NCBI GenBank assembly: GCA_023231475.1
Contig: JALJEE010002379.1
Span: 1-64,000 of the forward strand
DNA: 64,000 nt
Direction: 5' to 3'
Source: Seison nebaliae
Lineage: Eukaryota
This document shows positions 38,034-54,421 of this stretch, one piece after another (positions within the stretch are counted from its first letter, which is position 1; the number at the start of each line of letters is the position of its first letter). The notes under the pieces are model-generated. The model saw only the letters and a program-made list of their open reading frames with translations, did not search any database and was not told where the DNA came from. The translations under genes were made by a program, and so were the position numbers.

Positions 38034-38705
38034 CTTTCGAGTAGGAGAGAAAGAAGATATTTTTCAAGAAATTTAAAAGATTAATCCGAATTAAATTAAA
38101 GAAGTTTACGGGAAAATTTCTGAAAGAAAAAATAAATTGAAATTTTTTATTTCTTCTCTTCCCACACCACAAACAACAGAAATAAGTCAAACGATATCTT
38201 TCCTCTTCATTCACTTCTCATCTATGAAATAGAATTACTGAAGCAATGTAACATTCTATATAATTAATGTTTTTTCAAAAAAAATTTTTCTCCAATGAAA
38301 TCTGAACTGATCGCCATCCCCATAACCTTCAGTTGTCCATGTTTCAAATGTTTTAAAATTAAAATTTGCTCTTTCGAATTTCTTCAGTTACACGTCAGAT
38401 TTGTAATGATGACGACGACGATTCTTTCAAATAAAAAACATAACGAAATGAATTTTTATTAAAGAAATGTTTTTAACAATTTATAAAAATGGAATAGATT
38501 CCATCTATTACATATGGACATAATCAATCCAAATATTTTCAATAGAATTAGTTTAACAATAAATATCGTAATTCACATTATGATATGATAGAGAAAGAAA
38601 ATAATTAATATTTGAATTAATATTTGAATGAGCTTATTTGAATAAAACATCAATTTTTCATCGAAACAGTTAACGTTTTGAGATAAATTAATAAATTGAA
38701 ATTTA

Positions 38706-40670
38706 TTAAAGTAACTTTTGGAAAAAGGAAAGTAATTCTTGACCGCGAACAGTATTCGCTTGTTCCGCCACAAGTGATGCAATACGACAGGAAATGCGTG
38801 AAGCAGCTGTGAAACAGACTTCGTTCGTCTGAATCAAACGAGTTGTTGGAAGAATGAAATTTCGACTGGTAATCATATCAGACAATGGTTCCTTGTTCTC
38901 CTCCACATTAATTCTCACACGAATAATCTTCTCTTCTTGTTCCTTCATTAACGCATCGACCAAATCATTAAAAACTCGATTAATACTCTTGAATTTTGGC
39001 TCCATATTCTCCACACAGAAAATGGACGAAAATGGCATGTGAGTAATTTTAAGTATTGTCCACTTCAAATTCATTTGAAACATTTCCTTCGCCACAATGA
39101 ATGAGTCGGTTTGTGGACATGAATCAAACAGAATGAATGGACAAAATCGAAGATGGAAACTAGTCTCCTGACGTGATTGTCGGAGTTCGATATGATATGA
39201 TTTATAATTCCTCTTATAATCCTCCACATTCTCGTGAACGAGACAACACCAATTATTGTTATAAATGGATTTATTACAGAACCAGATCGTTGCCAAAGTA
39301 TTGACGAATGCAGTGAATTCTTCGAAATAATTACAGACGACCAACACATTCTTCCATTTGTCAAATCGGATTCTCCTAATAAAATTGATTGACATTGCAC
39401 ATTCAAATCGTTTCACATTATATAATCCGAACATTGGGGCCGCATTTACTGATACTCCATTATACTCGACATCCATCGAATCATCTTCTTCCGAATATGG
39501 TTGTTGATCTGGTTTATCATCTCTACGATATGATCGTCGTCTTTCATTCGGACGTCTTGAAGCGTTCCGAACGGTAGTAGTTCCTTTGAATGTCGGAAAA
39601 ATAGCTTCTCCATTCTTCATCAATACAGTATTCCATTTGATTGGATTGGATTCGTTCAATCCTCCAATTTCTGCCACATCCAAATTACGATCAGATGGAC
39701 CTCTACGAAAGTCAGTTGATCTCCGATTATAATTACGACTATTTTTGTATTTGTTTTGATTGGATTCTTGTCGAAGACGATAGTCGTCCTCTTCTTTTGG
39801 TAAAAGATTGTTTTGAGCATAAACTTCTAAATTATTATGATAATAATATTTACTCTCATCTTCGGACGTCAATTCCTCTTTGGAAGTGGATGAATCAGAT
39901 TTCTTATCAGACGTCTCTTCAATTCGATAAGGTTGAGCGATAGTTTGTTGGTCAATTTGTCCGGCTGATGTGGGAGAAATACTAACACTCAAGTCATTAT
40001 CACCATTCGAATTTTCATCGTTTCGTGTTCCTTCATTATAACTGTTACAATTAGGAGAGAATGAACGAGTGACATTTGTTGTTTCAATTTGTGGATGATC
40101 TAATTCATACATCAATTCACTAATGAGATCATGAGTGAAATTTGAATGAAAAAGGAAATTCTTATCATAACGGAATGCAAGGAGAATGCATTTGCGTTGA
40201 AATTGATCGATTTTCATACCATTTTGTCTCATCTTCCAAATTAGAGGAAGATTCGTTTCCAAATTAAGTCGACGGAAATCACCGGGAGATAAACCATAGA
40301 AATGAGCACCATTCATTTTCACTTCATTAACATAACGAGCCACGTTGGCTAATCCTTCCTGTTTCAACCAAAAACAAAGATCCTTATTCGTTACATATTG
40401 AATTGGAATTCGACCAGTATCACATTTGCGTAGGAGCAAAATCCATTTGACAAATACGATTCGTTCTTCGACGGAGCTAAGATGGGTGGCATTCTTTAAA
40501 CCAGTCATAGTGCACTTGGTTGGGATAGATAGTAAACTATATCCATCCATCATGCCCCGTCGATCTAATTCGTAAGATAATTGATGAAGTTCATTCAGTT
40601 TCAAACAATGTCGCACTTCACCGTCGTCCATTTTGGAGAATGGAATGAAAGACATTTGTTCGCAAGTCAT
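38706..40670 (-). CDS. Intronless 654-aa protein with two N-terminal SAM-like domains and a possible degenerate P-loop GTPase-like C-terminus
   Basis: PFSKMDDGEVRHCLKLNEL...MDGYSLLSI and PIQYVTNKDLCFWLKQEGL...MNGAHFYGLSPGDF fit the SAM pattern. KNVLVVCN...FVNTLA and FILFDSC resemble G1/G3 strands. Confidence 0.6.
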   Translation of the reverse strand: MTCEQMSFIPFSKMDDGEVRHCLKLNELHQLSYELDRRGMMDGYSLLSIPTKCTMTGLKNATHLSSVEERIVFVKWILLLRKCDTGRIPIQYVTNKDLCFWLKQEGLANVARYVNEVKMNGAHFYGLSPGDFRRLNLETNLPLIWKMRQNGMKIDQFQRKCILLAFRYDKNFLFHSNFTHDLISELMYELDHPQIETTNVTRSFSPNCNSYNEGTRNDENSNGDNDLSVSISPTSAGQIDQQTIAQPYRIEETSDKKSDSSTSKEELTSEDESKYYYHNNLEVYAQNNLLPKEEDDYRLRQESNQNKYKNSRNYNRRSTDFRRGPSDRNLDVAEIGGLNESNPIKWNTVLMKNGEAIFPTFKGTTTVRNASRRPNERRRSYRRDDKPDQQPYSEEDDSMDVEYNGVSVNAAPMFGLYNVKRFECAMSINFIRRIRFDKWKNVLVVCNYFEEFTAFVNTLATIWFCNKSIYNNNWCCLVHENVEDYKRNYKSYHIELRQSRQETSFHLRFCPFILFDSCPQTDSFIVAKEMFQMNLKWTILKITHMPFSSIFCVENMEPKFKSINRVFNDLVDALMKEQEEKIIRVRINVEENKEPLSDMITSRNFILPTTRLIQTNEVCFTAASRISCRIASLVAEQANTVRGQELLSFFQKLL

Positions 40671-42511
40671 TGTTGGAATAGGATGTAAATGTGAATATAA
40701 ATGTGAATGATTGGAAAGAATTTGAACGAGTGAATGAAAGAAGGAATAGTTTGTGAGATAGGAATTGTGAAAAAAAAATGAAAACGTTTTATAAATATTA
40801 TCTACACGTCATACGCCTTTTATATTGCACGTATAAACACGTATAGTTCTAGTAATGCAAGTAGTAAAATTTGTTAATGACAATGGGAGGGGGTAGAGAT
40901 GAACGAATTGAATGAAATTCTTTTGAAACAATTGTCACCGTTCCTACACTCAACGTAGAGGAGAGTTAAACATTTCGTGCCATTCAATAAGACGGCATTT
41001 TAAGAAACAATCATCTGTCTGCACGTAATCCTTCACAATATTCTTACTCATCGGTCAATTAACTAAATATCAAAAATTTTCAATTTTTCCCCTTTTTGAA
41101 TTTTAGCCTTAATTCAACCGTTAATGCTTCTCTAACTGCTACTACAACTACTATTAAAATTTTTGTTGCTATATTACTACTATTACTAACAACTGTAAGC
41201 CTAATCTTGTTAATTTTAGGATTGAATTCGATTCTCAGTACTTTTCATAACATTCTTAATTTTGTTTCGGTCTTCTATCAACTAAATAAGTAATGTCTAA
41301 TAAAAAAAATTTAAAAGTTGTAAATTGTCCCAATTGGAGTTTGACGAATTCGGTATCTTTCGTTTATCGAAGGAAGACTAACAAGATTTACTCTTGTAAA
41401 AGGAATGAGAAGGAATGACTAGATGGAAGAAATAAATTGAATAATTTGATATGATGAGAATAATATTCCGAGAATATTCTCTATAAACAAATCACTGAAT
41501 AATTTGCAGTTGTTTTTGATGATAATTTGAATGTTAAATTGTAATTCATCACCTCTACAAATGTGGAGGGAGAAAAGATCATGAATAAAAATAAGGAGTG
41601 ATTAACTAAGAAAAGTGTCTTATTAAATTCGGCACATATCATTTCAATGAAACTAAATTGTTCGTATTGTCTTTCTTACATCTTTATTTTTCTATTACTT
41701 TAAGTGAGATGGAAGATGTCGAATAAAATCATTAATACACAAGACGTAGCATATGAAAATCGAGATGATGGTAGAATTAACATTTCTAATTAATTTACAT
41801 TTTCAATTGCACATAAATGATAAGATTCAGTGATATTGAACGAGGGGACATCCAATTCCTACGTCAGAGTGTGGCGGGAGTTGTTATATTCATTTAATTT
41901 CTTCCTCCTCATTTATCTGCCCCCGAAATGTCTGGTACATACTTAAAAAGGAAAGGTAAAATTTCGGTTAAGAGTATCAATTATAATAATCACTCGCTCC
42001 GATTTATCAAAACAACTAAATTCATTTCGAACTTATTTTGAAAAAATAAATGTTTTCCTCCACAACTATTTACTGCTCCAATCGTTCATATAATCATCGA
42101 ACCGATATTTTCATTGCATTGGCCTCATACTTACTAGAACATGTTTATCTTATTAGAACTCCCTCCTTCTTTTTCATATAATAAATAAATTTAATTTGTT
42201 GAAGAGAAACTGCTAGTAATCTGCCTCTAATTTCTCCTTAGTTTTCTTGTCATGTGGAATAAGGATCAGATTTCCGTTCTTTTCAAATTTCCTTTTTAAA
42301 ATTCAATTTCTTTTCTTATCTCTCAAAATTATTCATTTATAAACGATTCTCTCCTAAATTAAATGAGAATGAAATAAGTCTTGAAGTATATGATCATCTG
42401 ATTTAAGTACTAACAACAAAATTGTGTGTTTTCTATTCTATTTCATTCCTGTTCCATTTTAGAATTCATCAATTCATCGATTACTAATTAGTCTTCCCTT
42501 ATTTTTTTAGG

Positions 42512-42805
42512 ATGAATTCATTCTTCTTCCTTCTGGTACTTATACAACTTTTACTAGTCGGATCGAACGAAGGTAGTATAATTTCCTCATATAATCCTGG
42601 ACCATTCCGTTCCTGGTACTATCCGACTGATTCTACATACGAACGAAATGATTCGACTGACGAAATTATTGATATGGAGCGTTTCATCAGCGAACAAATT
42701 ACGAAAAGGAATTCGGCACTTAGCAACCTGTTAAATAGCGGACGGAAACGGCAACAATCGCTACATCAAAATGACGGATGGTTCGGATACCTGATTGGAC
42801 GATAA
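42512..42805 (+). CDS. Neuropeptide precursor (signal peptide; KR-NSALSNLLNS-G-RKR-QQSLHQNDGWFGYLI-G-R)
   Basis: Hydrophobic N-terminus, acidic spacer, dibasic sites and two Gly amidation signals. Confidence 0.75.
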   Translation: MNSFFFLLVLIQLLLVGSNEGSIISSYNPGPFRSWYYPTDSTYERNDSTDEIIDMERFISEQITKRNSALSNLLNSGRKRQQSLHQNDGWFGYLIGR

Positions 42806-43119
42806 TTGACGAAATATTTCACTAATTTTTTTTAATGAGATGAATTGAAGGAAATATAATAATAATATTAATCATAAAAGAAGAAAAAGAAGAGAGCGAG
42901 ATTGAAATTTACCGATCATGTTTTTAAAGAAAGATGATTAAAGAAAATGATGAAAAAAAAATGACAAATGAAAAAGATTGAAGTCATAAAATTTCTCTGA
43001 TTTATTTTCAAATTATTTTTTTCTAATTAATTTCAAACTTTTCAGAAACTTATTTCGATGAAATCTTTTGTTTTGATTTTACTAAAACATTTCCCCATCA
43101 AACATTAAAGTTGTGTTGT

Positions 43120-43395
43120 TCATCCGAAAAAGTCTCGAACACTTGGCACGTTCTGTGACGATTCGGTCAAACGACTTTCGAACGTGTCTCCGATTAATTG
43201 GGAACGTCGCAAATACTCCCGGCACCATAAATCGAGAATTGTTCGTTTAGTCATATCGTTCTCCAGAAAATGGTTTTGTTTCGATGAACAATAAGTTTTG
43301 AAGAAGTCTGCGGTTTGCTTCGGATTAACAGTTGATTCGTTCAATTGAATGAGAATGATGACGAGAATGAGCATATAGATACATTTGGGAATCAT
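43120..43395 (-). CDS. Small secreted protein, probable neuropeptide/hormone precursor ending ...VRDFFG*
   Basis: Signal peptide, two Cys in the mature region, KR and RR sites, terminal Gly. Confidence 0.6.
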   Translation of the reverse strand: MIPKCIYMLILVIILIQLNESTVNPKQTADFFKTYCSSKQNHFLENDMTKRTILDLWCREYLRRSQLIGDTFESRLTESSQNVPSVRDFFG

Positions 43396-44900
43396 CTTCT
43401 TCGTGGAATTGGATTTCTATGAGACAATTATCTGAAAGAGATGAAAAAAGGAATAAAATGAAGAATGAGAATGGAAGTTCATTGACGATTGGAATCATGT
43501 ACAAAAAGTTTTCATCGACGAATTGAGAAAATGAATTTCGAAATAAATAGTTTGTCTTCCTTCTTCTCCTTTTCTTATGATTCACTCATTAATTGAGTGT
43601 TAATCAGCTTATGCTCATTCGCAACATCCAATTCTCAGACTCTTATATTCGTCATGTCATCATTAAATATGAATCGTTCCTTAAACTTGACATTAATACC
43701 ATAAAATTTCTCAGATTCAGCACATCCAACTCTGCTACCAGTCAGTTTGCGACTATTAAAAAACTTTATTTTTCCTACAATATCAAAGATCTTCCCCCGC
43801 TAATTTCAAATGTACATATATCCCATAACCGTTCCTTTCGCCTACATTTAGAACAAGTAGTTTTAAGTACCAAGAAACAACTTCTCTAAATTAATAAATT
43901 TAGATAATGTTAATATTCTTCTTCCAATTTATCAAACTTTCATTCATCTATTTCATATTGTTAGAGAAGAATTGAGACAGTTTTTCCTCCCACACAAAAT
44001 TCGACAATTCCAAAGTTTAAAATCGATTTTACCAGCACATCTAATGGTTATAGATCTAATTAGAAATTTGGAAATATAACCAGGCACCTACTGTTTACCA
44101 CTTGAAACTCATAATCTTTCGTTTCCATATTTTGATAATGAACTTTAAGTAACAATAACATAACGAAGGTCGATGGGTAATTTGAGACGAAGTTTATGAA
44201 AATAATCAACAAATGATGAATTCTAACTTATTTCTTTTTAAAAATTTTCCATTCTAAAGTATTTTAAAAAAAGAACTAGAATTTTGTCAAGATAAAAAAT
44301 TGTAAAAAAAACGTTGAATTATACGAATGATGTTCTCGGATGAATTTCAATTTTATTTAAAATGATTTTAGTAATTACTATCGATTATCGATTATTATAT
44401 CATGCAAATGAAGAAACTTTTGAAATTTGTCTACTTACATCCGACTCATTGGAAAGTTTCGAGTCACAACAATTTCATTTGTGATATATTCTCAATATTC
44501 ATCGTAGACAGATATTTCTTTATTTCATGTTTTTCTTCTGGAAATCAATTGAAGGACAATCTGGTCATTAAATTCTTTCGAACAGTGTTTTCCAACAAAA
44601 ATCAATAAATAGAAAGATTATAAGAGAAATAATTACAATAACAATACTAAATAAGTTGTTGGACAATACTGCAATGTCAGCATCATATTATGATTTTTGA
44701 ATTTACTTTTAGATTTTTATAGGAAAAAAATGTTTTAATAAAATTTTATAAGTAGAAATATTAGAGAATGAATCATTTTTGTAATTCGCTTTTCTGATAG
44801 GAAAATAAAATTTGTAGGAGTGATTGAAGGAATTATTTATTATATATTTTCTCTTAAGATCGTAAACTAGTGAGTAAATAGTGTTCTGGTGAAAATCGTA

Positions 44901-49072
<4,172 letters not shown>

Positions 49073-50199
49073 TTTCCGTTATATTTCTGATATAATTCCA
49101 ATCATCAACAACTCGCTATGATTAAGAGAAGATGCAAATTGGAATTTGAGTGTTTTGAAAATACAATTTGTCGTCAACGAATTAGACGTAAGGGAATGAC
49201 TGAACGAGTTAGTAGGGATGAAGTGCAATTACTGTAGTTGAATTAGTAAATATTCGTGATGTGTTCTTTCGTTTAGTTCGATTAATAAATTGATGGAATG
49301 GCAAATGTGGTAACATCGCCCTCCCGTCGCTCTCTCAGCCTTTCTCACAAATATTTATGAAATTTCTCATCGCATCAGTTTCTATCGAATGAGAAATGAA
49401 GATATAAATATATTATCGGGAATAATCATGATGAAAACGAACTCGGACAACTACTGGAACATACAATTGTCAATCAACGAAATTCACTTAAGAATTATAA
49501 ATTGAAACTTTTTCCCTACACTTCCTTCCTTCCTTCCTTCCTTCCTTTCTTCTTTCTTCATAAGAAGGAAAAACGAATTTTCGTTTTTTTAAGAATCGAA
49601 AGAAAGGAAGTTTTCCGACCATCAGGAACTTTTTACGAACAAGTTGATGAAATCGTAGAAGAACTTTGGAGACTATGAAACGACGAAATTTTAATGGAAT
49701 TTTTTGTCATTTCATTCAACTTTTTTTTTACATATTTTCACATTAAATCAAAAAAGTCAATTCCTCCTCCTACCTTCCCATGTCGTTTGCATTCTTTTAA
49801 CGAGTGTCACCTTTCATTACTTATCCCACTCATACTTTTTGCATATTCTACTCCTTCTGCTGCCCAATAGCACATTCGTGATTGCTATTTCTTTCTTTTA
49901 ATGTTTCTTCCAATTCCTTCAGTTTCTTTTTTCTTATTCGTCTTATTATAAGTTGGGAGAAAATGAGACTTTCTTTCTCAATTTCCCATTCACATCTGTC
50001 CATAAAATAAGGAGAGTAGATGATGTAAGAGAATTAGAAAATAATTTCGTACGGATATTTTATAATATACGATGCAAATAATAGTTCCAGATGCAATCGT
50101 GCTGAATTGTTTGTAGTTGAAATACAATTCGTTTTCAATAACATTTTCAATAATATGCCTCATAGTTGTATAGAATGATCCTAATACGATTCTTATAAA

Positions 50200-50700
50200 T
50201 TAGGTCGAATTGAATATAATTCATGTAGAACGTAAGCAGAACATAAAGAATATTTATTTAAGGAGTTCATATAAAATGTCAGAAAATGGTTGGAACTAGA
50301 GCCTCCAATGCTAGCAGTCTATTGCAGTATATCAAATACCTTCCCCTAACGAAATAGTCTTACGTCTATAACTCTCAATTCCGATCAACTTCAATATATT
50401 TAATGTCGATAAATAAGTTTAGTTTTAATTCACTATTAAAACTTACAATTTAGGTAATTCTTGTTGTCAAGTGAATATGTATGTCTTATATATACGCCCA
50501 TCTAACTAACTACTAGCACGACTTATCATCCAATTATAACAAGACCTTCACATTTCATCTTCCTCACTTCCATCCAACTTCACGTATGATCAAATTCGCC
50601 AATTCAACTTATTGGCCTATTCTCATACGGAATCGTTTTTAAGTTTTAACCTAAAACTACTTTTCTCCTTACCACCACACCTCATCTAATGGACACACGT
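50200..50700 (+). mobile_element. Possible highly decayed LINE 3' fragment
   Basis: KMVGTRASNASSLLQYIKYLPL resembles the post-RT pattern of the other LINE copies (RRIICCFHRCNSSILFATVNFLPL). Many stops; boundaries approximate. Confidence 0.3.
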
Positions 50701-51568
50701 CAATCTCTTTCATAATCTTTTCCGTTCAGTTCATTTTGTTCTCCTCAAAAAAACATTAGGTCCTTTTAAATAAATTTGTCTCATTATGTTGAGAGGCATT
50801 CTGTATAAGGTCATTTCATTCACTTCCTTCTTATTTTCTAGCACGACTAAAAATGCAGAAAATTCTATAAATTTCTTATTCAATCCTTTCTAAATAAATC
50901 CTCTAAAGAAAATTTCTCATTAAATTCTAATTCTTTCTCAAATACTTTAATGTGAAATTGAAAACATGTTAATGAAATTATTTCTTTTAAATTTTTTTCC
51001 TTTTTCAATTTTCTATGATATAATTCGTTATCAGTCTTCTTAATCAGTAAATGTCGAATAAGTAAGAAGGTTTAGGGAGAACGATAATTATTTACTGTCT
51101 ACTTTTTCTAATGGGCGTTTTCCTGATACTCATTCTAATTAAAAATTGTGAGAAATGAAATAAAAATTGTAGAATCTACATTCATCTACAATGTAGATGG
51201 TATAAAAGTTTGTTAGAATTTATGGAATAAAATCAATTTCTCTTCATATAAAACCAAATTTGAAGATTGGCTAATACTGTTAATGTATTTTTCAATTTAA
51301 TTGAAAGAATTTCTAATTTTCATAGAAACAATTTTATGAATTAAATAAATGAAAAATTCGGGAGATGTTCATACGACATATGGAAAGAAGAGAAAACCGG
51401 CATTAAAATTTATTTGATAACAAAAAAAAATGAGCAAGAGAAGTTTATAGTTTTTTTTTAGAATTTCATATACAAAATGCGAAAGAGGAACTGACTGTAA
51501 ATGAAAGTTTATGGAGAATTTCTGGAAAAAAGTTCGGTTGAAAAAAGTTCAATAAAAAAAATTAATTT

Positions 51569-54421
51569 TTATGTTGGTGGATGACGACGAATTAATGCTG
51601 TCCAATTACAATGATCATATGATATTTCAACGATTTCGATATTGGATAAACCGGATTTTTCAATCAATTGCTTTAGTTCATTAATTCGGAAAAGATGATA
51701 AAAACGAAATAATTGTTTTTCATTATTCTGCTCATCATTCTCTTTAGAATCGACATTCGTTTTCGTATACTTCTGGTCAATGCGACGACGTTTGCCAGTC
51801 GCAGAAATTGCGTCAAATGGATTGAATCTACAACGAATATCATCGTCGACATGAGCTGCATAAGTGAGAATACTATCAGGATATTTTCCATGAGATTCTT
51901 TGATTTTCTTTATCATATTCTTCTCATAATTGAAGATATCTTTCTTCTTTTCAATTCCATTAATTCCAGATGAATGATTTTCAGACAATGATTTCGAATA
52001 TTGATTATTTCTCTTTTGATTATTATTTGGAACGATATTTCTATCACAATTCACGATGGAATGATGTTCCTTCGAATGATTTTGATTTGACGTTTTCCAT
52101 TTTTCCAAGACATTCGACCACCAACTGTTGGTGGGAAGTGTTGCAGTAGATGGTTGTGATTGGGATTTCAATTCATCGCTGTTTCGTTCATTCTTTAAAG
52201 ATGATTGAGGAATGAACAATTTTCTCAAGAAGTTCGATCGATCACTTATCATTTTTTCATTATCAACAGATTGTTCAATGTGATTCAATTCTTCGATTTC
52301 TTCGTAATCGATATGTGTAAATTCACTGTCCATTGTACTAGAACGGGACATGTTCTTATTTGGTGGGATATTGTTATCTTTGTTTTGATCCGTTTTCGAC
52401 GATTCGTTATCGTTAAATGATGGTGAGAAGATGGAAGGAATGAGAACATCTTGATTGGTGAAATTTCTATGAGTTTGTTCGAATGCCCAAACATAAATCA
52501 ATAATGTTCCTCCGTCTTCTTTGAGAACGCGAAGTAATTCTCTTATTGCTTGTTGACGTCGTTCTTCAGTCGAGAGATGATGGAGAACTCCGATGCAGAT
52601 AATTCCGTCGAAAACTTTATCTCTAAATAATTGAAATGGAAAATAAAATTTGAATTAATTTAAAAAATTTCAAATAAACCGAAATGGCAAAGTCAACGTA
52701 TCTGCCATTACAACAGAATTGACGGATCGATAAGAGGAATAATCGACGAGACTATTCTCACTTTTCAGCATTGTGGCTGAGTTGGTGGGATCTTTATGGG
52801 AAACGGTCGTGATGGAATTACAACGACGTTGATCTGATCCTTTACATTGATGATAAGCTTTTAATGTCATATCATAACAGATATCACAACCTATCATATG
52901 AGAATCATTTGGAATACATTGGAAATAGCGACCAGTACCACAACCTGGAACAATTCCGTTTGTTAAAAGAGAGAGATGGTTTTGAAAGAGTAATTAACCT
53001 GCATCTAAAACTAATGAACCAGTGGACATTGATTGTAAATATTTGAGAACTGGCGGCCATGGTCGTTGATTTTCGACAATGTCATATCCTTCATAATTGA
53101 CTAGACGACGATAAACGTCATTGACGTACTTCGTTTCGAACGATGAATTGAATGAATGGAATTGTTTGGGTCTTTGGAATAGTGTTTGTTTGACATCGTC
53201 AATATTTGTCAAATGTTGCTGATAGTGGGATGTGATGGAGGAAGCGATGGATGTGGATGTGGAAGTTTGTTTCCGTATTCCACGATTGTGATATCGATGG
53301 GAATTCTTCCGATTTGCATATAAATGGTTATTGGTCGAATTTTTTGGACATTTGTTAGTGGATAGAGATTGGAATAAATGTTCAATAGAATTCATGAAAT
53401 TCGAAGATTTAATTGCCATAAAAAAGGGTTTGTATGTTCCGTGTTTATTGTTGTGATGAATTGTTAAATCGACTTGGGAGGTGGTGGGGGAATTGTTCAA
53501 GAAAACTTTCTCATTATCATCCAATTCCTCATTAATCGGTTTTGTATTGTGATTAGTTCGCTCTTTATTCTTTCGCGAATACAAATCGTATGGTGAAGAT
53601 GTAGGGGACAACGACGACAATTTGGATGACGACAACGAAGATGAAGAAGAAAATTGTTGAATGTTTTCTACTTCATCAATTATTTCTTTTTCTATTCTAT
53701 TCTCTAACCGTCTTTCTCCAACACCTTTATTTCTTTCGGATACTTCAAATATGTTGTTGTTGTTGTTGTTTGTGTCATCGGTGTATTCATGAAATGAAGA
53801 AACTGTCTTTCCCTGACATGTTGACAAATTTCCATTATGTTCTTTTTTCGTCTCTTCAGGTTTCTTACATTGTTTCTTGATGTATATCCGGTTATTCATC
53901 GGGAAATTGGATGCAGACATTGATTGAGGTGGAAGATGATGCACTATATCAGATAAGTACGATCGACTACGTATCAGATCATTTCGTTTCGATGTTTTCT
54001 GCATCGTTGACGGAGCGAATAGTTCATGTTCATTATTCAATTCTTTTATGAGAATTCGATTCTTTTCATTCAATAGTTTGTTGGCTAATACTTCATTGAA
54101 TATGGTGGAGGAAGTTGATGGGATGTTATTGTCCATTTGGTTAGACATGGTAGAGAAAGTTTGAGAAGGATTTCTTCTCATCAGAAATTCTTGTTCAAAA
54201 CAATTATTATTTTCACCTAAATTTGCGTAACAACTCATACTTATTGGGAAACTTGTTGTGAATGTTGTAGCTGCTCTGGACGATAACGACGTTATTGATG
54301 ATGTCGATGTTGTTGGTGTTGTTGTGAAGAACGAATCAAACAAATCATTTTCGTTGTTCTCTTTCTTATACTCCTCTCCGAGTATGGATGGTGTTTCCTC
54401 TAAAATTTCCTCTTTCATCAT
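51569..54421 (-). CDS. TRMT9B: TRMT9B/ALKBH8-type SAM-dependent tRNA methyltransferase-like protein with long low-complexity N-terminus, 3 coding exons
   Basis: ETKYVNDVY, RPWPPVLKYL, LVLDA|GCGTGRY, IGCD, LPFR|DKVFDGIICIGVLHHLSTEERRQQAIRELLRVL, IYVWAFEQ, RFYHLF, YDHCNW. No RRM or AlkB domain seen, favouring TRMT9B. Confidence 0.8.

Noticed and set aside
41096..41293. Hydrophobic 65-aa ORF that could be a membrane micropeptide
   Set aside because: TTG start, built from (CTA)n-like low complexity, with no recognisable motif.
43593..43889. 98-aa ORF upstream of the second peptide gene
   Set aside because: No recognisable motif; possibly a LINE tail remnant but not supportable.
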